Positions 39,465-51,116 of a stretch of DNA of 64,000 nt are shown one piece after another; within the stretch, counting starts at the first letter, position 1, and each line of letters starts with the position of its first letter. The translations under genes and the position numbers were made by a program. This DNA comes from Octopus sinensis. Taxonomy: Eukaryota. The stretch covers positions 132,494,001 through 132,558,000 of the forward strand of contig NC_043001.1 of NCBI RefSeq assembly GCF_006345805.1, written 5' to 3'. A model generated the notes under the pieces. That model worked only from the letters and a program-made list of their open reading frames with translations. It was not told the DNA's origin and did no database searches.

Positions 39465-39527
39465 ACTAAGTAAATCTACCACCCAAATACAAGATATTCT
39501 TATATTTGGGTGGTAGATTTACTTAGT
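39465..39527. other. 63-nt hairpin with perfect 25-bp arms
   Basis: ACTAAGTAAATCTACCACCCAAATA / TATTTGGGTGGTAGATTTACTTAGT. Confidence 0.9.
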
Positions 39528-41186
39528 CCCTTCAACAAGCGGCCAAATTTTACTCATGAGTCTTTGACTTTCTTGGGCTATAAGAAACAATAGACATTAC
39601 ATTGAGATTGAAACCAAAACCATGTGTTTGTAAAGCAAACTTCTTGTAGACAATCATGCCTGTACACTTGGCTGTTTGCAACTTTCTAATTGTTTTCTAA
39701 TAGGCAAAACTCAAATACTGTCCCAATTTTTTGGGCTCTTAGAATAATATTCGTTATATGTAGCTTTGAATTATTAATCCAGATGCCTGGTGTTAACATT
39801 GAAAAACAATAATCCATCGTTTTAAAATTTTAAAGTTTACAAAGAATTTATATTGAAGGAATCCTGCGATTTTATTTTTAATTTATACAATTTTTTGTAT
39901 TTACTTTTCAAAACTGAACAAAACAGTATGCTTACAGATGATTTAAGATGTCTGTTTCTGACCATAGAATTAAACTTATTTATTTATCAGGCATGGGATA
40001 CTACTAATTGTCATCACCATCATCCTAATCATTATCTTTATCATCCTCATTGTCATTGCTAAATTCAGCTTTATCATTAATATATTCTCCACTACCATTG
40101 AATTTAAACACCATACATACCCTCCTACTCAACCCCACAGAACTTTTATTTATTTATTCATTTATTTATTTTTATTTTGAAAGTTTCTGGAATTTCTTTA
40201 AAGAAAATCTTGCAATTTTTTTTTTTTTTTTTCAACTTTTGATATTTCAATTAATTTCTGTCTTTAATTGGGTAAAGATCTAAGAGAAGGGTCTTGTAAT
40301 TAGTACTTGTGAAGTGAATTGACCATTGACATGAAATTATGGTGAATTACTGACAAGTACCGATTAGATAAATAAGCAATTAATCCATCATTTAACTGAA
40401 TGCATAATTATAAAGGATCTACAAAATCAGAAGAAGGAAAGAGATTTGAAACGGTCTCATCTCCTCTATTCTTTTCCTTTCATTTTCTTCATCTTTTCTT
40501 TCTTCTCCTTTTGCATTTTTCCACTTCCAAGTTCTACATACATTTTAGATCTAGTGCTATAACTAGATGACAGTTAAAGAATACAGGTAATCACTATATT
40601 CTAAACAAACATCCGCACTCTGACAAGATCAAGAATCTATAGAATCTATTTCATGTCAACTATAGAGAAAACAAAAAAAAAAACCAAACAAGTCATTATG
40701 ACATTTTTTTTTAAGACCAGCTTCTCATCATTGTTCTTTTTTTCTATATGTAGAGGTGGATGAATTTTTTCAAGTGTTAATTAGAATATTTTTTACTACG
40801 AGTACATTTTTTTTTTTAATTAAAGAGTGAAATAAAACCTAAAATCATAGCAAACATCTGTTTTCATTTTTGTTGTATCTGTTCTTTCTTATTTTTTTTT
40901 TTTTTTTTTTAGCTAACAAATTTTGTATTAGTTAACTGTGCCAGCTATGAGAAATAATACTATGGATTTATTGTCATTCTATTCCTGCCCTTCCAGCAAC
41001 TTCTTCCTTCATCTTTCATATGTGGAATGTGTGCAGCAGTTGTATAGCAATCATAATAACAATAAAAAAACATCCTTTATATTGATGAGTTAAGATCACC
41101 ATATTGCTCATGTATTTCAGTGATATATGTATATATATAAATATATATATATATATACATAAATATATATATATATATATATATAC

Positions 41187-41249
<63 letters not shown>

Positions 41250-42040
41250 ATATATATATATATATATAAATATATATATATATAATATATATATATATAC
41301 TGAACTACAGAAGAAATGTCACACTGGTAAAGATTATTTGCTTCGCACACAATATTGAGATTTTATTACATTTCCAGGTCATTTGACATCAGGAAGATGT
41401 CACCACAACACTATGCAGTGTGCATGTAGGATTCGAACTCACTTACCCTTTGTGAACATGGTAATGCTTGTGAACACATCTTTAGGAAAAGCATGATGCA
41501 CATGCAAAACATCGGCTCATCGGGTATAAAAGGCACCCAAATTTACCAGCCTGTCGTTCATTTCCTGAATGCAGCAAGCATGCCAAGACTGACATGAAAT
41601 CAGAGGGAGCAAGCTATCGGACGTCTCCATGCTGGTCAATGTCCATGGGTCATTGCTATTGACTTGAACTGCAGTATTTGGACAATTGAGCAGCTGAGGG
41701 GACGATACAATGCCACAAACAGCACAAATGATCATCAACACAGTGGCTAACCGTGGGTTACAACAGCAAGTCAAGATCATCCTCTGCATCGACAGCACTA
41801 GCAGGACCAATTCTGGATGGCAATGGGGTCAGCTAGGCAGACCATAGGGAATCACCACAGACCCATTTGTGCAGGGACAGTTCACCACCGGCTGAGATCT
41901 TTCAGTCTGTCTTGTTGATGGGGCCCCATCCTCACAGATCATCATCGATGGGCATGTCTGCAGTGGGCTCAAAAAGGTCAGAACTGGCGATATCAGCAGT
42001 GGAGGACTGTAGCTCTTCTCTGACGAAAGTCGAAATTACA

Positions 42041-42272
42041 AGGCGGCGAGCTGGCAGAAACGTTAGCACGCCGGGCAAAATGCGTAGCCATATTTCGTCT
42101 GCCAATACGTTCTGAGTTCAAATTCCGCCGAGGTCGACTTTGCCTTTCATCCTTTCAGGGTCGATAAATTAAGTACCAGTTACGCACTGGGGTCGATGTA
42201 ATCGACTTAATCCGTTTGTCTGTCCTTGTTTGTCCTCTCTGTGTTTAGCCCCTTGTGGGTAGTAAAGAAATA
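42041..42272 (+). mobile_element. SINE family B inserted in the Tc1 transposase
   Basis: Full copy GGCGGCGAGCTGGCAGAAACG...GTAGTAAAGAAATA. Confidence 0.92.
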
Positions 42273-42776
42273 GATATTGCATTTCTGAGACAGATGGCAG
42301 AGATAGGGTTTGGAGAAGAAGGGGTGAATGTCCTGCCAATGGCTGCATGGTGAAGAGAGACTCATGGGGAGGACAGAGCATCATGATATGGTGTGGGATT
42401 GCACTCAACCAGAAACTTGGACTGGTGGTCCTCCAAAACATCAGCCGAGGCCGGGGCAATGGAGTAACTGCTGCTTGTGTCATCGGAATCACATGTTCCA
42501 ACATGACAATGCCCATGCCCATACTGGTTGCCAACAGACTTCCTCCAACAGCACAATATTCAGAAACTGTCATGGCCTGTCCTAAGTCTGGACTTGAACC
42601 CCATGGAGCACTCATGGGACGAAATCCAAAGAAGGCTAAATGACATCCATCCAAGGCTGACAACTGCATCACAACTCGCTACATGTTTTAACAGAGTGTG
42701 GGCTGCCATCCCTATGTCTTTCATCAATCGTTTGGTGCATTCAATGTACAGATGATGCCTGGTCGTAATCAATGCT

Positions 42777-42966
42777 AGTTAAGTTAAGTTAAGTTAATTT
42801 TTTGGCTCAAACAGCAAAAAGCAAGGCCATGTAGGGGAACATGGAGTTATGTACGGGGTGGTGTTCATGCAAAGAGTTCAGGCCATTTGTGGTCAAGGGA
42901 GACTTTGAACCGAGCGGTCGTCGGCATCTTCACTATCTTGTCTGGCAGCTTATTCCACGGATCAAC
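42777..42966 (-). mobile_element. CR1/L2-group LINE 3' fragment with (TTAAC)n tail
   Basis: Minus-strand peptide VDPWNKLPDKIVKMPTTARFKVSLD, the WNxLP motif of CR1-like ORF2 C-termini; (GTTAA)n on the plus strand. Confidence 0.8.
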
Positions 42967-43265
42967 GGTGGTCACACAAGACATTGAATTCCTCTCTTTG
43001 GATCCAGGACACTCTGTCATCACATAACACCATGTGACATCAAACATGTTTTAGGAAATGATGTTTTATCATTAGGAAAGAACGGTTTCTAAATTAGCAC
43101 TCTTCAATCAATGCTATGGCAGTCTGTTAATAAACTGGTTTCTATTTAGTGTGTGACGTTGCTTTTGTGGTTCAGTTTGTGTGTGTGTGTGAGTCAAGAA
43201 GCATTAGCTTATATAACAGCTCCGAGTGTTTGCAACAATATATTTAATTCAGCCAGAAATGTAAT

Positions 43266-43491
43266 TTAACCCTTTAGCATTTAAACCAGCCATATCCGGC
43301 CAAAAGTATTCTGCCTGTTTTATGTTCAAACTGGCCAGATCTGGTCTCTCACACCAACCCTACAATGTCATTTTAAAAATTAACAGCTACCTCATCAAAT
43401 TCTCATTTACAAGATAATGCATGATTAGTCAAAACAATGTGGATAAAAAAGCATTAATTTGGGTAGAATAATGCAAACACTAAAGGGTTAA
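43266..43491 (+). mobile_element. TTAA-flanked MITE (second family)
   Basis: TTAA CCCTTTAG ... CTAAAGGG TTAA. Confidence 0.85.
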
Positions 43492-44007
43492 GGAACAACT
43501 GGTAAAACTGATTTCCATCAAAACAAGATAAATAAATTTACATAATTAAACAATTTTACATAAGTAAAAATAATAGGAAAAATGTCAAACATATTGAGCA
43601 TTCTGTCATTTATGTATTTTGTCATAATAAATTTGACTGTAAGTTTATAGTACATGCTGATTGTAGAAGATAAGAAACTATTTGATCATACCTGATAAGA
43701 AAGACTAGCATATGACTTATGAAGTAACATTCAAAATAAGATGATTGTACTTCAGATTAGTTCATCCCATGACAATATATGTATATGTATATATATATGT
43801 ATATATATATATATATATATATTATATACACACATATATAGCATACATAATATAGTCAAATCAAATAAATGAACATAAACAGTAACAAACAACAAGAGGA
43901 TGTGCACGTGGAATGTATTAGCTTGACGCTCAGTATTATATATGTGTATGTGTGTGTGTGTGTGTAGATATTATATATATATATATATAATATATATATA
44001 TGAATAT

Positions 44008-44403
44008 ATCTCTTTTACTCTTTTTACTTGTTTCAGTCATTTGACTGCAGCCATGCTGGAGCACCACCTTTAGTCGAGCAACTCGACCCCAGGACTTATT
44101 CTATTGGTCTCTTTTTGCCGAACTGCTAAGTGACAGGGACATATGCACACCAGCATCAGTTGTCAAGCAATGCTAGGGGGACAAACACAGACACACAAAC
44201 ATACACGCACATACATACACATATATATATACATATATACGATGGGCTTCTTTCAGTTTCCGCCTACCAAATCCACTCACAAGGCTTTGGTCAGCCCGAG
44301 GCTATAGTAGAAGACACTTGCCCAAGGTGCCATGCAGTGGGACTGAACCCGGAACCATGTGGTTGGTAAGCAAGCTACTTACCACACAGCCACTCCTGCG
44401 CCT
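44008..44403 (-). mobile_element. SINE family A, full length
   Basis: Minus-strand head AGGCGCAGGAGTGGCTGTGTGGTAAG; same body as 15921-16299. Confidence 0.92.
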
Positions 44404-44430
44404 ATATATATATGAATATATATATATATA

Positions 44431-44835
44431 TCATCATTATCATCATTATCATCACTTAACGTCCGTTTTCCATGCTGGCATGGGTTGAATGGCTTGATAT
44501 GGAGCTGGCTAGCTGGGAGCTGTCCAGCTTCCAATTGTCTGTTAAAGCATGATTTCTATTGCTGGACACCCTTCCTAATGCCAACCACTTAACAGAGTGT
44601 GTTGGGTGCTTTCTTTGTGCCACTAGCATGGGTGTGCTTATGCATCACTTGCATGGGTGTGTTTACACAGCACCGGCACGAGTGTGTTTATGTAGAACCA
44701 GCGCAGATGCTTTTTACCTGGCACCGGCACCTAAAAGGACAAGCCTGTATGTGTGGAAGATAATGATTTTACTTAGCTTGGCAAGTCTTATCGAGTACAG
44801 CAAATCGCCTTATATACATGAATACCCGGTCCCTT
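44431..44835 (-). mobile_element. RTE 3' UTR fragment
   Basis: (CAT)n followed by GTCCGTTTTCCATGCTGGCATGGGTTG and CCCTTCCTAATGCCAACCAC. Confidence 0.75.
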
Positions 44836-44935
44836 ATATACATGAACTTGCATGTGGATTAGACTTTGAACTCAGCATATATGGATAGTGATGAAAACAG
44901 CAAAATGGTAAAAATGTAGGTAAGTAGAGCATACG

Positions 44936-45345
44936 TGTGCGGAGTGGCTGTGTGGTAAGTAGCTTGCTTATGAACTACATGGTTCCGGGTTCAGTCCCAC
45001 TGCGTGGCATCTTGGGCAAATGTCTTCTACTATAACCTCGGGCCGACCAAAGCTTTGTGAGTGGATTTGTTAGACGAAAACTGAAAGAAGCCTGTCGTAT
45101 GTATGTATATATATATGTATGTGTGTGTGTTTGTGTGTCTGTGTTTGTCCCCCTAGCATTGCTTGACAACCGATGCTGGTGTGTTTACGTCCCCGTTACT
45201 TAGCGGTTCGGCAAAAAGAGACCGATAGAATAAGTACTGGGCTTACAAAGAATAAGTCCTGGGGTCGATTTGCTCGACTAAAGGCGGTGCTCCAGCATGG
45301 CCGCAGTCAAATGACTGAAACAAGTAAAAGTAAAAGTAAAAATAA
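44936..45345 (+). mobile_element. SINE family A, full length
   Basis: GGAGTGGCTGTGTGGTAAGTAGCTTG...GAAACAAGTAAAAGTAAAAG. Confidence 0.92.
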
Positions 45346-45845
45346 AGTATATCTAAAGTGGTAGGAATGCGGAGACCAGTGTATTGCTGCATAAGGTGAT
45401 TATTTAGTTAAATAAGTTATTTTTTATGAAACATAACTAGACTGGGAACCTTTTGATACCACCTCATATATCAACTCTATGGAATTTAAGGTGTATATTC
45501 AGTAACAAGAGCATTCTCACTGTATGATGACATCTGGTAGCCAATAACTTGGATGGGCTTTGCATAGAATACCACAAAATTTTTACCCAAATCTTAACAT
45601 TATATACATCATCGTATGTATATACATCGTATGTATGAATGTATGTATGTATGTATGTATGTATGTATGTATGTATGTATATATATATATATATATACAC
45701 ATGAAGTAAAAGAGAAAGACTTGGTATGGCAGATAGACAGATTACATAATGTAGATGTGGGTTCAGTGCTACTATATGGTACATTGAGCAATGTCATCCG
45801 TTTTCCATTAATATGTATGTGTGTGTGTGTGTGCATTCATATATT

Positions 45846-46043
45846 TATTCTTTTATTCTTTTACTTGTTTCAGTCATTTGACTGTGGCCATGATGGAGCA
45901 CCACTGTTAGTCTAACAAATCAACCCCAAGACTTATTCTTTGTAAGCCTAGAACTTATTCTATTGGTCTCTTTTGCTGAACCACTATGTTACGGGGATGT
46001 AAACACACCAATATCAGCCACACGCACAAATATATACATATAT

Positions 46044-46102
<59 letters not shown>

Positions 46103-46257
46103 GGCTTCTTTCGGTTTCTGTCAACCAAATCCACTCACAAGGCTTTGGTCTACCTGAGGCTATAGTAGAAGACACTTCCCAAAGGTGCCACACAGAGGGA
46201 CTAAACCCAGAACCATGTGGTTGGGAAGCAAGCTTCTTACCACACAGCCACTCGTGC
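45846..46257 (-). mobile_element. SINE family A, diverged
   Basis: Same head, body and tail on the minus strand. Confidence 0.85.
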
Positions 46258-46329
46258 ATTCATCTGTAAAAAACATAAATCCAAAAGAAGCAAACTTTAA
46301 GATATAGACCAGTGTATATTAAAAATAGG

Positions 46330-46421
46330 GAAGGCCAACAGGTTTCAGGATCTGATGATAGGCCATAAAGCTAAACCCTTTATGGATGGGAAACTTAATG
46401 CAATCCCATAAACTGGCCTTC
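46330..46421 (+). ncRNA. Orphan degenerate type I hammerhead-like motif
   Basis: GGAU-CUGAUGA-..CCAUAAAG/CUUUAUGG..-GAAAC..GCA/AUCC with extended stem I (GUUU/AAAC, GAAGGCCA/UGGCCUUC); the cleavage triplet is GCA rather than GUH. Confidence 0.5.
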
Positions 46422-46560
46422 ACCATTTTCAATTTATATACATATATATATATACATACATATATATATATATTATATATATATATATATATATACATGT
46501 TTATATATATACATGTTTATATATATATATATACATATATACATGTTTATATATATATAC

Positions 46561-47857
46561 CATCATCATCATCTTCATTTAATACCCACTTTCTATGCTG
46601 GCATGGTTGGACGGTTTGACTGATGACTGGTGAGCAGAAGGCTGCATCAGGCTCCAATCTGATCTGGCAAAATGTCTACAGCTTGATGCCCTTCCTAACG
46701 CCAACCACTCCAAGAGTGTAGTGGGTGCTTTTATCCATCACCAGCACAAGGGCTAGTCAGGCAGTTCTGGCAATGACCATGATCAAAAGGATTTTTTTAA
46801 GTGTGACCTGAACAGGAGCCAGTCTATGAGCACTGGCAACGACCACACTCAAATTTTGTTTTTCATGTGCCACTGGCACTTGTGCTAGTAAGGCGACATG
46901 GGCAATGATCACGCTCAAATGGTGCGTTTTATGTGCCACTGGTATGGGAGCCAATCAGCGGCCTTGGCAATGATCATGCTCGGACAGTGCTTTTAATGTT
47001 CCACTGGCACAAGTTCCAATTAGGTGGTACAGTCATCAGCCACGTCAGTGATTTTGATATTGATTTCACTTGCCTCAACAGGTCTTCGCAAGTGAAGTTT
47101 ATTGCCCAGTGAATGAGGGGTACTCATAAGTGGGTTGGTTACATGCACTAGCATAGGCCATGGGTTATGGTCTCACTTGGCTTGTTGGGTCTTCTCAACC
47201 ACAGCATATCTCCAAAGGTCTCAGTCACTAGTCATTGCCTCGGTAAGGCCCAATATTCAAAGGTCTTGCTTCACCACCTCATCCCAGATCTTCCTGGGTC
47301 TACCTCTTCCATAGGTTCCCTCAACTGCTAGGGTATGACACTTTTTCACACAGCTGTCCTCATTCATTTGCAACACATGACCATACCTGCACAGTCGTCT
47401 CTCTTGCACACCACATCTGATGCTTCTTAAATCCAACTTTTCTCTCAGGGCACTTACACTCTGTCATGTATGCACACTGATATTACACATCCAGCGGAGC
47501 ATACTGGCATAATTCCTTGCAAGCCTACATGTGTCCTCAGCAGTCACAGCCCATGTTTCACTGCCATATAGCATGGCTGTTCATATACATGTGTCATACA
47601 GTCTACCTTTTACTCTGAGTGAGAGACCCTTTGTCACCAGCAAAGGTAGGAGCTCTCTGAACTTTGCCCAGGCTATCTTATTCTAGCAGCTACACTTTCA
47701 GAGCATCCCCCCCAGCTGCTGACTTGGTCCTCTAGGTAATGGAAGCTAACAACTACTTGTAGTTTTTCTCCCTGGAATGTGACAGAAGCTGTTTTCTGCA
47801 CATTTTCAATGCTTATAGCACCTGAGCATTTGTCACATACAAAAACTATCTTCCCAA
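46561..47857 (-). mobile_element. RTE LINE 3' portion (RT C-terminal region + 3' UTR)
   Basis: Minus-strand GKIVFVCDKCSG..EKLQVVVSFHYLED, similar to 3640-4680; (CAT)n tail at 46561. Confidence 0.9.
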
Positions 47858-47877
47858 TATATATATATATATATATA

Positions 47878-48243
47878 TCGAATCGTGGCTGATGCCAGCG
47901 CCGCCTCGACTGGCTTCCGTGTCGGTGGCACGTAAAAAGCACCATCCAAATCGTGGTCAAAGCCAGTGCCGCCTTGACTGGCTTCCGGGCAGGTGGCACG
48001 TAAAAGCACCATCCGTTCGTGGCCGTTGCCAGCCTCGCCTGGCACCTGTGCAGGTGGCACGTAAAAAGCACCCACTACACTCACGGAGTGGTTGGCGTTA
48101 GGAAGGGCATCCAGCTGTAGAAATTTGCCAGATAAGACCGGAGCCTGGTGCAGCCTTCTGGCTTCCCAGATCCCCGGTCGAACCGTCCAACCCATGCTAG
48201 CATGGAGAACGGACGTTAAATGATGATGATGATGATGATGATG
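47878..48243 (+). mobile_element. Young RTE 3' UTR copy
   Basis: Repeated GGTGGCACGTAAAAAGCACC subunits, CCATGCTAGCATGG and a (GAT)n tail. Confidence 0.88.
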
Positions 48244-48263
48244 ATATATATATATATATATAT

Positions 48264-48432
48264 ATCATCATCATCATCATCATCATCATCGTTTAACGTC
48301 CGCATTCCATGCTAGCATGGGTTGCACAATTTGACTGAGGACTGGTGAACCAGATGGCTGCACCAGGCTCCAATCTGATCTGGCAGAGTTTCTACAGCTG
48401 GATGCTCTTCCTAACGCCAACAACTCCGAGAG
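48264..48432 (-). mobile_element. RTE 3' end, tail-to-tail with 47878-48243
   Basis: (CAT)n CGTTTAACGTCCGCATTCCATGCTAGCATGGG. Confidence 0.85.
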
Positions 48433-48440
48433 TTTATGTA

Positions 48441-49432
48441 TACCAACTCTGACCCGCCACACATCCCAAATTTTATTTTGGTTTGCGGGAGCAACTAATT
48501 CTCGAAGACACATATTGTCATGAATTGCTTGTAATGTGAAGTAGATAAACAACCGACAACTGATGAAGGGTCGTTCTTTGTGTTGCTGGTCTTATTTTCC
48601 AATTGTTTCTCTTGTTGTTCGCATAACCAGGTTTGCCTTCATATTTGATGTTTTCGTATTTTGCAATCCATGTCATTTTCATATTTCATGTTGTTTATGT
48701 TTTGAGACATCCTGTACCCATATGTGCATATATATATGTAAGTACAAACATATATGTATGTATATATGCATATATATATATACATATTTTTTACATTATT
48801 ATATGACTAAATGCCATGCATCCATTTCCAAGTAAGTTTATCTTAATAATTTTGATGCGATTCTACCCTGTACTGTTCTCTCTCTCCCCCTTTCATTTTT
48901 TCTCTCTCATTCTTTTCTTCCCCTTCACTGTTTTCTAACTGTCTCTCTCTCTCCCTCTTCCTCCTTTACTCTCCCTCGTTGCTCACACGTGACTATCGTC
49001 CATCTTTCTTTTCCTTCAGTCTGTCGCTACAGACCAGATGCATTCTTATCTGTCTCCTCTCCTATCTTTTCTCTTATCAAAGAATATTCTTCCAATATTC
49101 ACTGCCTTACCACATATGGCCCTCCCGGTTTGTTTTTGTTTTATTTGGTTCATTGTATGTCCTGTTTTTGTTACCAACTTTGACCCTCCGCAAATCCCAA
49201 ATCTGATCTTAGTTTGCGGGAGCAACTAATTCTCGAAGACACATATTGTCATGAATTGCTTGTAATGAGAAATAAATAAACAGCCGATAACTGATAAAGG
49301 GTCGTTCCTTGTGTTGCTTGTCTGTTTTTTTCCATTTGTTTCTGTCTTTGTTCGCATATCCAGGTTTGCCTTCATATTTCATGTTTTCATATTTCATATT
49401 GTTTACGTTTTGTGACATCCTGTACCCATGTA
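48441..49432. repeat. ~731-bp-period partial tandem (direct repeats 48441-48725 and 49172-49432)
   Basis: TACCAACTYTGACCC...GTTTGCGGGAGCAACTAATTCTCGAAGACACATATTGTCATGAATTGC...GACATCCTGTACCCAT present twice. Confidence 0.85.
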
Positions 49433-49543
49433 TGCATATATATAGACATATATATGTAAGTAGTGCATATATGGATTTATATATACATATATATATACAC
49501 ACATATACATGCATATATATATATGTAATATATATATAGAATA

Positions 49544-49586
<43 letters not shown>

Positions 49587-49789
49587 TACATATATATCCA
49601 TATATATATATATATATTATATATATATATATAGATATAGATATATAGATACATAGATATATACATGTATATATTCATATATATATAGATGTATATATAC
49701 ATATATATACACATATATATACACATATATATACATATATACACACATATATACATATATACATATTTATATATACATATATTTATATA

Positions 49790-49932
49790 CATCATCATCA
49801 TCGTTTAGCGTCCGTTTTCCATGCTAGCATGGGTTGGACGGTTCTACTAGGGTCTGTGAAGCCGCGAAGAACCGTCCAACCCATGCTAGCATGGAAAACG
49901 GACACTAAACGATGATGATGATGATGATGATG
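49790..49932. repeat. Fold-back of two RTE 3' ends (~56-bp arms, 22-nt spacer)
   Basis: (CAT)nCGTTTAGCGTCCGTTTTCCATGCTAGCATGGGTTGGACGGTTCT ... AGAACCGTCCAACCCATGCTAGCATGGAAAACGGACACTAAAC(GAT)n. Confidence 0.9.
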
Positions 49933-51077
49933 TACATATATATATATACATATATATTTATATATATACACATATATACATACATATATAGCCATATATA
50001 CATATACATATATACATATATATGTGTATATACATAGACATATATATATACGTATATATATACATATATATACATATATATATTATACGCATATATATTC
50101 ATATATATATACATATATATATATAAATGTGTGTGTGTGTGCGTATGTTTGTGTGTGTGCGTGTGTGTGCGTATGTTTGTGTGTGTGCGTGTGTGTGTGT
50201 TGTATTAATATTCATTATGTTTTAATTATAACGCAGATATCAATCCATTACACTTCCAAAATTTTGCATATCTAATATAAATATATTTCATACATTGAAT
50301 TCATGCACCTACTCCTGTACCCAACAATATATTCAATTTAGGCAACATATACATTTATAAGTTAAAAACATTCCAATATGGAAGACTATTTATTAAGTAG
50401 CAACATCAATTACAAGCACAGAAATAATTTATAAATTATCTACAATTTGTTGTTGTGTGAGGCAGGAATATATACATAGATACATAGATACATATATACT
50501 CACACACGTATATGCATGTATATACATATATAAGTATATTTCTTCTCAAGCTGTAAGTAATTATTTCTCTTATTCTAATAAATGTATTTTGATGTTCATA
50601 TTGTTATAAAGGATTTTGCAATTTGTTGTTTTATTAATCAGTTTCTGTATATTTGCCTACTCAGTAAATTACTATTCTGACAGGAAGTTTTAGCTTAATT
50701 GAATTGTTTATTTCAACAAATATTTCTAAATGAGATAATAAATAAAGTATACAATGTAAATTAAAAATTATGATTAAACCAAAGCAATCTTTTAGGAGTG
50801 CCAAAATAATGTTTGATATATAAATACACACAACACACACACACACACACATATATATATTAATTTACATATAAATATATATATATATAGTATGTATAGA
50901 TAAATATTTATGTACATATACATATACACGCATAAATATTTATGCATACATATATATATATACACACATACATTCATGTATGTATATATAAATATTCATA
51001 TATGTGTGTGTGCATACATGTGTGTATATATATAGATATATATATACATATATATATATATACATGTATATATGTAC

Positions 51078-51116
<39 letters not shown>

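Larger units (their letters stand above)
41298..43177 (+). mobile_element. Decayed full-length Tc1-family DNA transposon with two nested insertions
   Basis: TIRs CTGAACTACAGAAGAAATGTCACAC / GTGTGACGTTGCTTTTGTGGTTCAG; transposase fragments MPRLT.NQREQAIGRL, FSDESR, FQHDNAHAH, WPVLSLDLNPMEHSWD, GGHTRH. Confidence 0.9.

Noticed and set aside
47673-48195. 132-aa and 120-aa minus-strand ORFs
   Set aside because: Chimeric read-through across an RTE 3' UTR, a (TA)n tract and an RTE fragment.
48500-48600. Hammerhead around CTGATGAAGGG
   Set aside because: No GAAA or stem III in a compatible position, and stems I and II do not form convincingly.
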